In this document: one piece after another, positions 1-9,020 of the stretch
How the letters are laid out: every line of letters begins with the position of its first letter
Numbering within the stretch: position 1 is the first letter of the stretch
Assembly (NCBI GenBank): GCA_035763745.1
Contig: DASUAO010000054.1
Location: forward strand, 5,373 to 69,372
Direction of reading: 5' to 3'
DNA: 64,000 nt
DNA from: Acidimicrobiia bacterium
Lineage (GTDB): Bacteria > Actinomycetota > Acidimicrobiia > IMCC26256 > PALSA-555
Translations under genes and position numbers: made by a program
The notes under the pieces: model-generated
Databases searched by the model: none
Told to the model about the DNA's origin: nothing
What the model saw: only the letters and a program-made list of their open reading frames with translations

Positions 1-1
1 T

Positions 2-634
2 GCCCGCCTCGTCGTCGTCGGGGCCGACTTCCACTTCGGCCACCGTCGTCACGGGAACGTCAAGCTCCTCGAGCAGATGGGCGCCGAGCTCGGCTTCGAG
101 GTGCTCGGTCTCGGCCTCGTGCCCATCGAGGGCGATCCGACGGGACTGCCGTACTCCTCCACCCAGATCCGCGACCTGCTCGGGGCGGGCGACGTCGCCA
201 GCGCCGCGGAGCTGCTGGGCAAGCCGCCGCGCCCGTACGAGGTGCGAGGGATCGTGGAGCAGGGAGACAAGCGGGGGCGGGAGCTCGGCTTCCCGACCGC
301 CAACCTCGCCGTGCCGAGCCGGGTGTGCCTGCCGGCCGACGGCATCTACGCCGGGTGGTTCGTCGCCGAGGACGAGGAGATCCGTCCCTGCGCGATCTCG
401 TTGGGGCGTCGCCCGACCTTCTACGAGTCGGCGGAGGCGTCGTTGCTCGAGGCGTTCGTCCTCGGTGACGACGGCGGCGGCTACGACGGCGACCTCTACG
501 GTCAGGCCGTCAAGGTCCGCTTCGTCGAGCGGATCCGTGCCGAGCAGCGCTTCGACTCCGTCGACGCGCTGGTCGCCCAGATGCACCGCGACGTGGAGCA
601 GGCGCGCGCGCTGCTGGCGACGGGCCACTCCTAG
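2..634 (+). CDS. ribF: Bifunctional riboflavin kinase / FMN adenylyltransferase, C-terminal part (5' end lies outside the window)
   Basis: The frame is open from the window edge (ARLVVVGADFHFGHRRHGNVKLL). Riboflavin-kinase motifs GDKRGRELGFPTANL and ISLGRRPTF are present. The gene lies upstream of rpsO-pnp, as in other actinobacteria. Confidence 0.9.
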   Translation, partial: ARLVVVGADFHFGHRRHGNVKLLEQMGAELGFEVLGLGLVPIEGDPTGLPYSSTQIRDLLGAGDVASAAELLGKPPRPYEVRGIVEQGDKRGRELGFPTANLAVPSRVCLPADGIYAGWFVAEDEEIRPCAISLGRRPTFYESAEASLLEAFVLGDDGGGYDGDLYGQAVKVRFVERIRAEQRFDSVDALVAQMHRDVEQARALLATGHS

Positions 635-2086
635 GTGGGGCCGAGGCGGCGGGCGAGGAGTGCGATCGCGTGCGTCGTGCTGCACGCCGTGGTCGTCGGC
701 GGGGTCGGTGTCGCGCCGGCCGGAGCCGAGCGGGCGAGTGCTGTTCCGGCCGCTGCGGAGAACCCGGCGAGGTGGGATCCGAGGGTCCGGGAGCTGGTGC
801 GCTTCGTCGAGCGCGAGCGCAAGCTGTCGTTCGACCATCCGATCGACGTGGAGTTCCTGGACGATCCCGAGTTCGTCGACGCGCTCGCGGTCGAGGAGAC
901 CGCCCAGGACCGGAAGCTGGACCGCCTCTACGCCGGCGATCTCCATGCGCTCGGGCTGGTCGGCCCCGAGTTCGATCTCCGCTCGGCGGTGGACGAGCTC
1001 GATGCGACGGGCGTCTTCGGGTTCTACGACGACGAGCAGGAGTCGATGACGGTACGGGGCCAGGACCTGGACGACGTCGTGGTGCGGGCCACCGTCGTCC
1101 ACGAGCTCACCCACGCGTTGCAGGACCAGACGTTCGACTTCCGTGCGCTCCGTCGGAGCGCGAAGTCGTCAGGAGCCGACTTCGCGCGGACCGCGCTCAT
1201 CGAGGGTGACGCGACCTGGGTGGAGGAGGCCTACGTCGCCACGCTTCCCGTGCGCGAGCAGGACGAGTACGAGGCGTTGTTCGAGCTGACGACCGAACCC
1301 GTCGACGGCTCGGCAGGCGCGACGGCGCCGGCGATCGACCTCCTGCTCGCGACCCCGTACTCGCTCGGATACTCGTTCGTCGCGTACCTCCAGTTCACAG
1401 GGGGGACCCGCGCCGTGAACCACGCGTTCCGGGAGCCGCCGCCGTCCGACGAGCACATCGTCGATCCCGTCTCGTTCCTCGGGGACGAACGCCCCGATCC
1501 GCCGACGAAGCCCACGCTGGCCGCCGGCGAGGTACGACGGGGCGGCGCCGACGAGATCGGTGTCGTGCTCCTCTACTTCGTGCTCGCGACGCGGCTGGAT
1601 CCGCGTGTGGCCCTCGCTGCCTCCACCGGCTGGAAGGGCGACAGGTACGTCGGGTTCACGCGGGACGACGTCCCCTGCATCCGCGCGGTGATCCGGACCG
1701 ACGGCGCCGGCGAGGCCCGGGAGCTCGCGGACGCGCTCGTCGACTGGGCCGGCTCGGATCCCCTCGACGCGGTGTCCGTGGAACGGCGTGGCCCGACCGT
1801 CCGCCTCGACGCGTGCGGCGTGGCCGACGCGGCGCTGCCGACGGAGACGGCGCTGCTCGAGGCCGCGGACGCGCTCTCGACCCGGTTCCTCGTCTACGAG
1901 GGGATCGAGGATGCCAGCGCCACGCTCACCCCGACGGAGGTGCGTTGCGTCACCGACCTCCAGATCACGGACCCCGTGGTCCGGGAGCTGCTGTTCACGC
2001 CCGAGCTCACGCCGCAGGAGCAGCGGCGCCTCGACCGACGCGGGAGCGACCTGGCCGGGCGTTGCGGCCTCGTGGCCGAGGGCTGA
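635..2086 (+). CDS. Putative secreted HExxH metalloprotease-like protein
   Basis: 483-aa ORF with a hydrophobic N-terminus ([22 protein letters not shown]) and the motif [11 protein letters not shown]. High third-position GC. No family could be assigned from memory. Confidence 0.6.
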   Translation: MGPRRRARSAIACVVLHAVVVGGVGVAPAGAERASAVPAAAENPARWDPRVRELVRFVERERKLSFDHPIDVEFLDDPEFVDALAVEETAQDRKLDRLYAGDLHALGLVGPEFDLRSAVDELDATGVFGFYDDEQESMTVRGQDLDDVVVRATVVHELTHALQDQTFDFRALRRSAKSSGADFARTALIEGDATWVEEAYVATLPVREQDEYEALFELTTEPVDGSAGATAPAIDLLLATPYSLGYSFVAYLQFTGGTRAVNHAFREPPPSDEHIVDPVSFLGDERPDPPTKPTLAAGEVRRGGADEIGVVLLYFVLATRLDPRVALAASTGWKGDRYVGFTRDDVPCIRAVIRTDGAGEARELADALVDWAGSDPLDAVSVERRGPTVRLDACGVADAALPTETALLEAADALSTRFLVYEGIEDASATLTPTEVRCVTDLQITDPVVRELLFTPELTPQEQRRLDRRGSDLAGRCGLVAEG

Positions 2087-2216
2087 CCGGGGTTCGGTCA
2101 CCGGGAGCGAAGCGGCCGGCGGGACCCGAGGCCGGGCCGATCCCCGACCCCTGATAGCCTGGGCGGGTCCCGGCCGTCCGGTCGGGGCCGTCCCACCTCG
2201 GAGCCAGAGCGAACGC

Positions 2217-2474
2217 ATGCCCGACACCGCTGCCGTCATCGGTGAGCACCGCCGTCACGAGACCGACACCGGTTCGCCGGAGGTCCAGATCGCGTTGCTG
2301 ACCGGGCGGGTCAACCACCTGACCGAGCACCTGAAGGTCCACAAGAAGGACCATCACTCGCGTCGGGGGCTGCTCATGCTCGTCGGCCAGCGGCGACGCC
2401 TGCTCGACTATCTCCGGCGCAACGACGTCGAACGGTACCGAGCACTCATCGCCAAGCTCGGACTCCGCCGGTAG
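2217..2474 (+). CDS. rpsO: 30S ribosomal protein S15
   Basis: The ATG at 2217 lies inside ORF 1788..2474. The sequence [47 protein letters not shown] is typical S15. Confidence 0.95.
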   Translation: MPDTAAVIGEHRRHETDTGSPEVQIALLTGRVNHLTEHLKVHKKDHHSRRGLLMLVGQRRRLLDYLRRNDVERYRALIAKLGLRR

Positions 2475-2504
2475 GACCCACCAGGGGCCGCGCCAGGGAG
2501 GCGC

Positions 2505-2530
2505 GTGCCCGACGAAGAGCGCTCGGGCAC
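2505..2530 (+). terminator. Hairpin in the rpsO-pnp intergenic region (terminator/attenuator or processing site)
   Basis: GTGCCCGA-N10-TCGGGCAC sits 31 nt after the rpsO stop. No U-tract follows, which is common in high-GC genomes. Confidence 0.4.
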
Positions 2531-2658
2531 GATGCCCGGGCAACGACGAGCGCGTCGGTTGTCAGTCGCCAGCGCCCGGGCCCCGTTGCCGAGCAACAGG
2601 TCCGGACCCTGACCACTGGGAACCGCCGGCTCTCCGATACGAGGAGTACCAAGTTCCC

Positions 2659-5196
2659 ATGTCACCCCAGGCGTCCAACGCCATCCGTGTGTCCGGCCCC
2701 GTCAACGACGCCGGCCTCACCCTGTCCTTCGAGACCGGTCGGCTCGCCAAGCTCGCCGCCGGCGCAGTCCTGGTCCAGATCGGCAGCACGACCCTGCTGT
2801 CGACCGTCGCCACCTCCACGCCGCGTGAGGGGATCGACTTCTTCCCCCTCACCGTCGACGTCGAGGAGCGGATGTACGCGGCCGGGAAGATCCCCGGCTC
2901 GTTCTTCCGTCGTGAGGGCCGTCCCGGCGAGGCCGCGATCCTGACCTGTCGCCTCACCGACCGCCCGTTGCGACCGTCGTTCCCGAGCGACTTCCGCAAC
3001 GAGGTCCAGGTCATCGCCACGATCCTCGGCGCCGACCTCGAGAACCCGCACGACATCGCCTCGATCAACGGCGCGTCCGCCGCCCTGATGGTCTCCGGCA
3101 TCCCGTTCGCCGGTCCGATCGGCGCAGTGCGCATCGCACACGTCGACGGCGCATGGGTCGCGCACCCCACCTACGAGCAGGGCGACGAGTCCACGTTCGA
3201 GATGGTCGTCGCCGGTCGCAAGCTCCACGACGGCGACGTCGCGGTGATGATGGTCGAAGCCGGCGGCACCGAGGGATCGTGGGACCGCTACGAGAGTGGC
3301 GCACCCAAGGTCACCGAGGACACGATCGTCGAGGGCCTCGAGTTCTCGAAGCAGTGGATCGTCGCATCGATCGACCTCCAGCTCGAGCTCGTGAAGAAGG
3401 TCCAGGAGGCGAACGGCCCGATCGAGATGATCGACTACGAGCCGCGCGTCGACTACACGCCCGACGTGTACGACGCCGTCGTCGCCGAAGCGCTCGAGCC
3501 GACCTCCGAGGCGCTCTCCATCGCCGAGAAGAACGCGCGCAACACGCGTCTCGACGAGATCAAGGACGCGACGATCGCGACCCTCGTCGGATCCAGCGAT
3601 GTCCCCGGTCCGCTCGCCGGGCGTGAGCGTGAGATCAAGGCCGCGTACCGTTCGCTCCAGAAGAAGGTCGTGCGCGACCGCATCGTCAAGGACGGTGTCC
3701 GCATCGACGGGCGCGGCACGAGCGACCTCCGGCCGTTGGCGGCCGAGGTCGACCTGCTGCCGACCGCGCACGGCACCGGCCTCTTCGAGCGTGGTGAGAC
3801 GCAGGTCCTGAGCGTCGTCACGCTCGGCATGCCCCGCATGGAGCAGATGGTCGACTCCATCGGGGTCGACGACCGCAAGCGCTACATGCACCACTACAAC
3901 TTCCCGCCCTTCTCCACCGGCGAGACCGGGCGCGTCGGTTCGCCGAAGCGCCGCGAGATCGGCCACGGTGCGCTGGCCGAGCGTGCGCTCACCCCGGTGC
4001 TCCCGAGCGCCGAGGAGTGGCCGTACACGATCCGGGTCGTCTCTGACGTGCTCGCCTCGAACGGCTCGACCTCGATGGCATCGGTCTGCGGATCGTCCCT
4101 CTCGCTGATGGACTCCGGGACGCCGATCAAGGCGCCCGTCGCCGGCATCGCCATGGGTCTCGTGCTCCACGACGGCGAGTACGTCACCCTGACCGACATC
4201 CTCGGCCAGGAAGACGCGTTCGGTGACATGGACTTCAAGGTCGCCGGTACCCGCGATGCGGTGACGGCGCTCCAGCTCGACACCAAGATCGATGGCATCC
4301 CCGCCGACGTGCTCGCCAAGGCGCTGCAGCAGGCGCGCGACGCCCGGCTCCAGATCCTCGACGTGATGCACGAGGCGATCGCAGAGCCGCGCGACGACGT
4401 GCAGGCGAGCGCGCCGAAGATCATCAGCATCCAGATCCCGATCGACAAGATCGGCGAGGTCATCGGCCCGAAGGGCAAGGTGATCAACACGATCACCCAG
4501 GAGACCGGTGCCGACGTGTCGGTGAGCGACGACGGCGTCGTCGGGACGGTGTCGATCGGCTCGAAGGACAACAGTGCGGTGGACGAGGCCCGTCGTCGCA
4601 TCGAGCTGATCCTCGACCCGCCGACCGCCGAGCTCGGCGCGACCTACACCGGCCGGGTCGTGAACATCACGAAGTTCGGTGCGTTCGTCAACGTGCTCCC
4701 CGGCCGTGACGGGCTGCTGCACATCTCGAAGATCGGTGGCGGTAAGCGCATCGACCGGGTCGAGGACGTGCTCAACCTCGGTGACGAGGTGGAAGTGCGC
4801 GTCGACGACATCGACAACTCCGGGAAGCTCTCCCTGAGCCTCGCCAGCTCCGAGCCGCCGGCCGAGGGGTCGTCGGATCGTGGCGGTGACCGTGATCGTG
4901 GAGGTGACCGTGATCGTGGCGGTGACCGTGATCGTGGCGGTGACCGTGGTGGTCGTGGACGCGGTGGCGACCGCGACCGAGGTGGTGACCGTGATCGTGG
5001 TGGCGAGCGCGATCGCGACGGCGATCGAGTCTCGGCGGGGTCCAGCGACGGCGGCGAGACCGTGTCGTTCGAGGAGACGTGGGAAGCCACGGCCCGTGAG
5101 GAGTTCGGCGACCTCGGCCCGGCAGAAGCCCCCCGCAGCGGCGGCGGTGGCGGGCGAGGCGGCCGCGGTGGTGGCGGCGGTCGCCGTCGCCGGTGA
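2659..5196 (+). CDS. pnp: Polynucleotide phosphorylase with a long low-complexity C-terminal tail
   Basis: Two RNase PH domains are followed by a KH domain (IGEVIGPKGKVINTI) and an S1 domain (GRVVNITKFGAFVNVLPG). GAGGAG lies upstream of the ATG. About 115 extra residues follow the S1 domain. Confidence 0.95.
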   Translation: MSPQASNAIRVSGPVNDAGLTLSFETGRLAKLAAGAVLVQIGSTTLLSTVATSTPREGIDFFPLTVDVEERMYAAGKIPGSFFRREGRPGEAAILTCRLTDRPLRPSFPSDFRNEVQVIATILGADLENPHDIASINGASAALMVSGIPFAGPIGAVRIAHVDGAWVAHPTYEQGDESTFEMVVAGRKLHDGDVAVMMVEAGGTEGSWDRYESGAPKVTEDTIVEGLEFSKQWIVASIDLQLELVKKVQEANGPIEMIDYEPRVDYTPDVYDAVVAEALEPTSEALSIAEKNARNTRLDEIKDATIATLVGSSDVPGPLAGREREIKAAYRSLQKKVVRDRIVKDGVRIDGRGTSDLRPLAAEVDLLPTAHGTGLFERGETQVLSVVTLGMPRMEQMVDSIGVDDRKRYMHHYNFPPFSTGETGRVGSPKRREIGHGALAERALTPVLPSAEEWPYTIRVVSDVLASNGSTSMASVCGSSLSLMDSGTPIKAPVAGIAMGLVLHDGEYVTLTDILGQEDAFGDMDFKVAGTRDAVTALQLDTKIDGIPADVLAKALQQARDARLQILDVMHEAIAEPRDDVQASAPKIISIQIPIDKIGEVIGPKGKVINTITQETGADVSVSDDGVVGTVSIGSKDNSAVDEARRRIELILDPPTAELGATYTGRVVNITKFGAFVNVLPGRDGLLHISKIGGGKRIDRVEDVLNLGDEVEVRVDDIDNSGKLSLSLASSEPPAEGSSDRGGDRDRGGDRDRGGDRDRGGDRGGRGRGGDRDRGGDRDRGGERDRDGDRVSAGSSDGGETVSFEETWEATAREEFGDLGPAEAPRSGGGGGRGGRGGGGGRRRR
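4876..5028 (+). repeat. In-frame tandem repeat (about 18-nt units GGTGACCGTGATCGTGGC) encoding (DRGGDR)n
   Basis: Direct reading gives gatcgtggcggtgaccgt repeated at least 4 times nearly perfectly, then degenerate copies. The translation is DRGGDRDRGGDRDRGGDRDRGGDRGGRGRGGDRDRGGDRDRGGERDRDGDR. Confidence 0.9.
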
Positions 5197-5232
5197 CACC
5201 GCTCCTCGCCGCGCAGGTGGTCTGAGCGCTCG

Positions 5233-6504
5233 ATGAGCGCCACCGCGGGCATCCGACGCACACGGCTCGACTCGGGCGTGCGCGTGGTCACGGAGGCGCT
5301 CCCGGCGCTGCGCTCGGTGGCCATCGGCTGCTGGGTCGGCACCGGTGCGCGCGACGAGCCCGACGCGATCGCGGGCGCGAGCCACTTCCTCGAGCACCTG
5401 CTGTTCAAGGGCACCGATCGACGGAGCGCGGCCGAGATCGCGGAGGCCGTCGAGTCGGTCGGCGGCGACATGAACGCGTTCACGGCGCACGAGCTCACGA
5501 CCTACTACGTGCGGGTTCCGCACGACCGTCTCGCGCTCGCGGTCGAGATCCTCTCCGACATCCTGTGGTCGCCGGCCTTTCGCCCGAGCGAGGTCGACTC
5601 CGAGCGACAGGTGATCCTCGAGGAGATCCGGATGCGCGACGACGCGCCGGAGGACCTCGTGCACGACCTGTTCGCGGGAGCGCTGTTCCCGTCCCACCCG
5701 ATCGGTCGGGACGTGATCGGCACGCCGGAGACCATCGAGGCGATGGGACCGGACGAGATCGGCGCCTTCCACGCCGAGCACTACCACCCGAGCAATGTCG
5801 TGGTGGCCGCGGCGGGGAACCTCGACCACGACGCGGTCGTCGCCCTGGTCGAAGCGGGACTGGTGCGCGCGGACGGTGCGCGGCCCGCACGCGACGCCTG
5901 GCCCGGTGAGCCCGGCCCCTCGTCGCTCGCGGTCCTGACGCGCGACACCGAGCAGGCGCACGCGGTCCTCGGCATGCGGGCACTGCGCCGCGACGATCCC
6001 GATCGCTATGCCCTCGGCGTTCTGGCGCAGGCGCTCGGTGGCGGGATGTCCTCGCGCCTCTTCCAGGAGGTGCGCGAGAAGCGCGGGCTCGCGTACTCCG
6101 TCTACGCGTACCGCAGCGCCTACGAGGAGACCGGCACCCTTGCCGTCGCGGCCGGCACAGCGCCGGAGCGCCTCGACGAGCTGCTCGAGGTCGTCGACAC
6201 CGAGCTCGGCCGCATCGTCTCGGAGGGCGGCGTCTCGGAGCGGGAGCTGGTCGCCGCGAAGGGTCATCTCACCGGTTCGCTCGCGCTCTCGCTCGAGAGC
6301 TCGAGCTCACGCATGCACCGGATCGGTCGCAGCGAGCTCACCCTGGGCGAGATCCCGTCGCTCGACGACCTCGTGGCCGAGGTCGAGGCTGTCGGAGCCG
6401 ACGACGTCGCCCGGGTCGTGGAGCGGCTCCTCGCTCCGACCGATCGGACGCTGGCGGTGGTCGGGCCCGTCGACGAGTCACGGCTCTCGGCCCGGATGTC
6501 CTGA
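5233..6504 (+). CDS. pepR: M16 family zinc peptidase (insulinase-like)
   Basis: Carries the inverted zinc motif HFLEHLLFKG. It sits directly after pnp, as in mycobacterial gpsI-pepR. Confidence 0.85.
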   Translation: MSATAGIRRTRLDSGVRVVTEALPALRSVAIGCWVGTGARDEPDAIAGASHFLEHLLFKGTDRRSAAEIAEAVESVGGDMNAFTAHELTTYYVRVPHDRLALAVEILSDILWSPAFRPSEVDSERQVILEEIRMRDDAPEDLVHDLFAGALFPSHPIGRDVIGTPETIEAMGPDEIGAFHAEHYHPSNVVVAAAGNLDHDAVVALVEAGLVRADGARPARDAWPGEPGPSSLAVLTRDTEQAHAVLGMRALRRDDPDRYALGVLAQALGGGMSSRLFQEVREKRGLAYSVYAYRSAYEETGTLAVAAGTAPERLDELLEVVDTELGRIVSEGGVSERELVAAKGHLTGSLALSLESSSSRMHRIGRSELTLGEIPSLDDLVAEVEAVGADDVARVVERLLAPTDRTLAVVGPVDESRLSARMS

Positions 6505-6538
6505 GCGGTCGCGTCGGGACCCCGGTACCCTGCGGCCG

Positions 6539-7342
6539 ATGGGAACGAAGCGGATCAAGGTCGGCGTCTTCGGCGCCGGTGGTCGGATGGGCGCGACCGT
6601 CTGCGCGGCCGTCGCCGCAGCCCCCGACCTCGACCTGGTCGCGGCGGTCGATCCGTACCACGCGGGGATCGACCTCCAGCAGCTCGGTGTTCCCGACACG
6701 GGCCTGCGAGTGGCGCGCAGCGCCGACGAGCTCACCGACGCCGGCGCCGAGGTCGCGGTCGACTTCACCGTGGTCGACGCCGCGCGCGAGAACGTGCGCT
6801 GGTGTGCCGAGCACGGCGTGCACGCGGTCGTCGGGACCACGGGCTTCTCCGACGAGGACATGGACGATCTGCGAACCCGCTTCGAGGCCGCGAGCACCAA
6901 CGTGGTGATCGCCCCGAACTTCGCGATCGGCGCGGTGCTGATGATGCGCTTCGCCGAGATCGCCGCGCCGTACTTCGAGACCGCCGAGGTCATCGAGCTC
7001 CACCACGACGAGAAGATCGACGCCCCCTCGGGCACCGCGATGCTGACCGCCCAGCGGATGGCCGACCGGTCCGACGAGTGGGCACCCGATCCGACCGAGA
7101 AGACCGTCGCCGAAGGCGCACGCGGCGGGTCGGGACCGGGCGGAATCCGGATCCACTCCGTCCGCCTCCGCGGGTTGGTGGCCCACCAAGAGGTCCTGCT
7201 CGGCACGACGGGGCAGTCGCTCTCGATCAGGCACGACTCCTACGACCGGACGTCGTTCATGCCGGGCGTGCTGCTGGCCGTGCGGGCCATCAGCGCGCGG
7301 CCCGGCATCACGATAGGGCTGGACGGCCTGCTCGACGCCTGA
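6539..7342 (+). CDS. dapB: 4-hydroxy-tetrahydrodipicolinate reductase
   Basis: Internal ATG of ORF 6008..7342. Motifs: IKVGVFGAGGRMG Rossmann N-terminus and EVIELHHDEKIDAPSGTA. Confidence 0.9.
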   Translation: MGTKRIKVGVFGAGGRMGATVCAAVAAAPDLDLVAAVDPYHAGIDLQQLGVPDTGLRVARSADELTDAGAEVAVDFTVVDAARENVRWCAEHGVHAVVGTTGFSDEDMDDLRTRFEAASTNVVIAPNFAIGAVLMMRFAEIAAPYFETAEVIELHHDEKIDAPSGTAMLTAQRMADRSDEWAPDPTEKTVAEGARGGSGPGGIRIHSVRLRGLVAHQEVLLGTTGQSLSIRHDSYDRTSFMPGVLLAVRAISARPGITIGLDGLLDA

Positions 7343-7408
7343 TCGGCGCCGCCTCCGAACCGGGTGCGGATCTGCCGCGCGTCATCCAGGGCGGATAGCG
7401 TCCGCCCG

Positions 7409-8209
7409 ATGAGCGCCCAGCCGCTGCTCGCGGTCCAGAGCCTCGAAGTTCGCTACGGCGGCGTGGTGCGGGTGCGAGGTGTCAGCTTCGACGTCGGAGC
7501 CGGCGAGATCGTGGCGCTGCTCGGCGCGAACGGCGCCGGGAAGTCGAGCCTGCTCCGGGCCATCTCGGGCCTGATCCAGGTGTACAACGGCCGCGTCGTC
7601 CGCGGCGACGTGCTCCTCGACGGCACCTCCATCCTCGGCTTGAGTGCGCCGGCGATCGTGCGCCGCGGGCTGGCGCAGGTCATGGAGGGTCGTCGGATCT
7701 TCGCCGAGCTCACGGTCGAGGAGAACCTGCGTTCCGGGGCGTTCACCCGACGCGACCGCTCCGGCGCGCGTGAGACCCAGGACGAGGTCTTCGCGATGTT
7801 CCCCGTGCTGGGCGAGCGGCGTCGATCCGTGGCCGGGTACCTCTCGGGAGGGGAGCAGCAGATGCTCGCCATCGGTCGGGCCCTCATGGCCGGGCCGCGG
7901 CTCCTGCTCCTCGACGAACCGTCGCTGGGACTCGCTCCGCTGATCCAGGAGCAGATCCGCGACACGATCGTGACCATCGCCGAGGGGGGGACGAGCGTGC
8001 TGCTGGTCGAGCAGAACGCCATGATGGCCCTCTCGATCGCGCACCGGGCGGCGGTCCTCGAGGGGGGCTACGTGGTGCGCGAGGGGCTCGGTTCGGAGCT
8101 GCTCGGCGACGACGAGATCCGCGAGGCCTATCTCGGGGCCGGCGATCGCGGGCGACGGTCGTTCAAGGACCTCAAGAGCTACGGCCGCCGCCGTCGGTGG
8201 AGCGCATGA
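7409..8209 (+). CDS. Branched-chain amino acid type ABC transporter, ATP-binding protein (LivF-like)
   Basis: Walker A GANGAGKSS, signature LSGGEQQML, Walker B LLLLDEPS. It ends in an unusual basic tail, RGRRSFKDLKSYGRRRRWSA. Confidence 0.85.
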   Translation: MSAQPLLAVQSLEVRYGGVVRVRGVSFDVGAGEIVALLGANGAGKSSLLRAISGLIQVYNGRVVRGDVLLDGTSILGLSAPAIVRRGLAQVMEGRRIFAELTVEENLRSGAFTRRDRSGARETQDEVFAMFPVLGERRRSVAGYLSGGEQQMLAIGRALMAGPRLLLLDEPSLGLAPLIQEQIRDTIVTIAEGGTSVLLVEQNAMMALSIAHRAAVLEGGYVVREGLGSELLGDDEIREAYLGAGDRGRRSFKDLKSYGRRRRWSA

Positions 8210-8210
8210 C

Positions 8211-9020
8211 GTGACGATGACCGGTTCGCGCCTCGACCGTCGCCGCTACGAGGGATCGTTGCTCGAGGTCAAGGACGTCACGCTCCAGTTCGGGGGCGTG
8301 ACCGCGCTGCGCAACGTGAGCTTCGACGTCGAGGAGAACGAGCTCTTCGCGGTGATCGGCCCGAACGGGGCCGGGAAGACCTCGATATTCAATTGCCTCA
8401 ACGGGGTCTACCGACCCCAGGAGGGCAGCATCCGGTTCCAGGGACTCGAGCTCGTGGGCCGCCGCCCGACGGCGATCGCCCAGCTCGGGATGGCTCGCAC
8501 GTTCCAGAACCTCGGCCTCTTCGTGAACCTGAACGTGATCGACAACCTCATGTTGGGGCGCCACGTGCGCATGCGCTCGGGCCTCCTCAGTGGGATGGCC
8601 TGGATCGGGCGCGCCCGGCGCGAGGAGATCGCCAACCGCCGTCGCGTCGAGGAGATCATGGAGCTCCTCGCCCTGCAACCGTTCCGCTACGAGCCGGTCG
8701 GTTCGCTCCCGTACGGCATCCAGAAGAAGATCGAGCTCGGCCGCGCCCTCGCGATGGACCCGCGGATCCTCCTGCTCGACGAGCCGGTGGCCGGGATGGA
8801 CCTCGGCGAGACCGCGGACATGGCCCGGCTCATCCTCGAGATCCGCCATGAGCTGAACCTCTCGATGGTGCTCGTCGAGCACGATCTGCACATGGTGATG
8901 GAGCTGGCCGATCGGTTGCTCGTGCTGGACTTCGGGGAGCCCATCGCGATCGGCCCCCCGGCCCAGATCCAGGCCGATCCCCGTGTGATCGCGGCGTACC
9001 TCGGGCAGGGCGACCAGTGA
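8211..9020 (+). CDS. Branched-chain amino acid type ABC transporter, ATP-binding protein (LivG-like)
   Basis: Walker A GPNGAGKTS and Walker B ILLLDEPVAGM, with the LivG-type C-terminus DPRVIAAYLG. Confidence 0.85.
   Translation: MTMTGSRLDRRRYEGSLLEVKDVTLQFGGVTALRNVSFDVEENELFAVIGPNGAGKTSIFNCLNGVYRPQEGSIRFQGLELVGRRPTAIAQLGMARTFQNLGLFVNLNVIDNLMLGRHVRMRSGLLSGMAWIGRARREEIANRRRVEEIMELLALQPFRYEPVGSLPYGIQKKIELGRALAMDPRILLLDEPVAGMDLGETADMARLILEIRHELNLSMVLVEHDLHMVMELADRLLVLDFGEPIAIGPPAQIQADPRVIAAYLGQGDQ

Noticed and set aside
4876-5028. Tandem repeats that might be mistaken for a CRISPR array or minisatellite outside genes
   Set aside because: The units are contiguous with no spacers and in frame with pnp, and they translate to a coherent DRGG repeat. 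No cas genes lie nearby.
2662-6267. 1201-aa minus-strand ORF. Similar giant ORFs occur at 21018..24803, 40505..43930, 8687..10861, 11670..14333, 28727..30910 and 32459..35122.
   Set aside because: All are antisense to, or out of frame with, genes that have clear conserved motifs (pnp, ftsK, nrdJ, the liv cluster, miaB, hflX). Their translations are Arg/Pro/Gly-rich nonsense, typical of stop-codon-poor frames in about 70% GC DNA.
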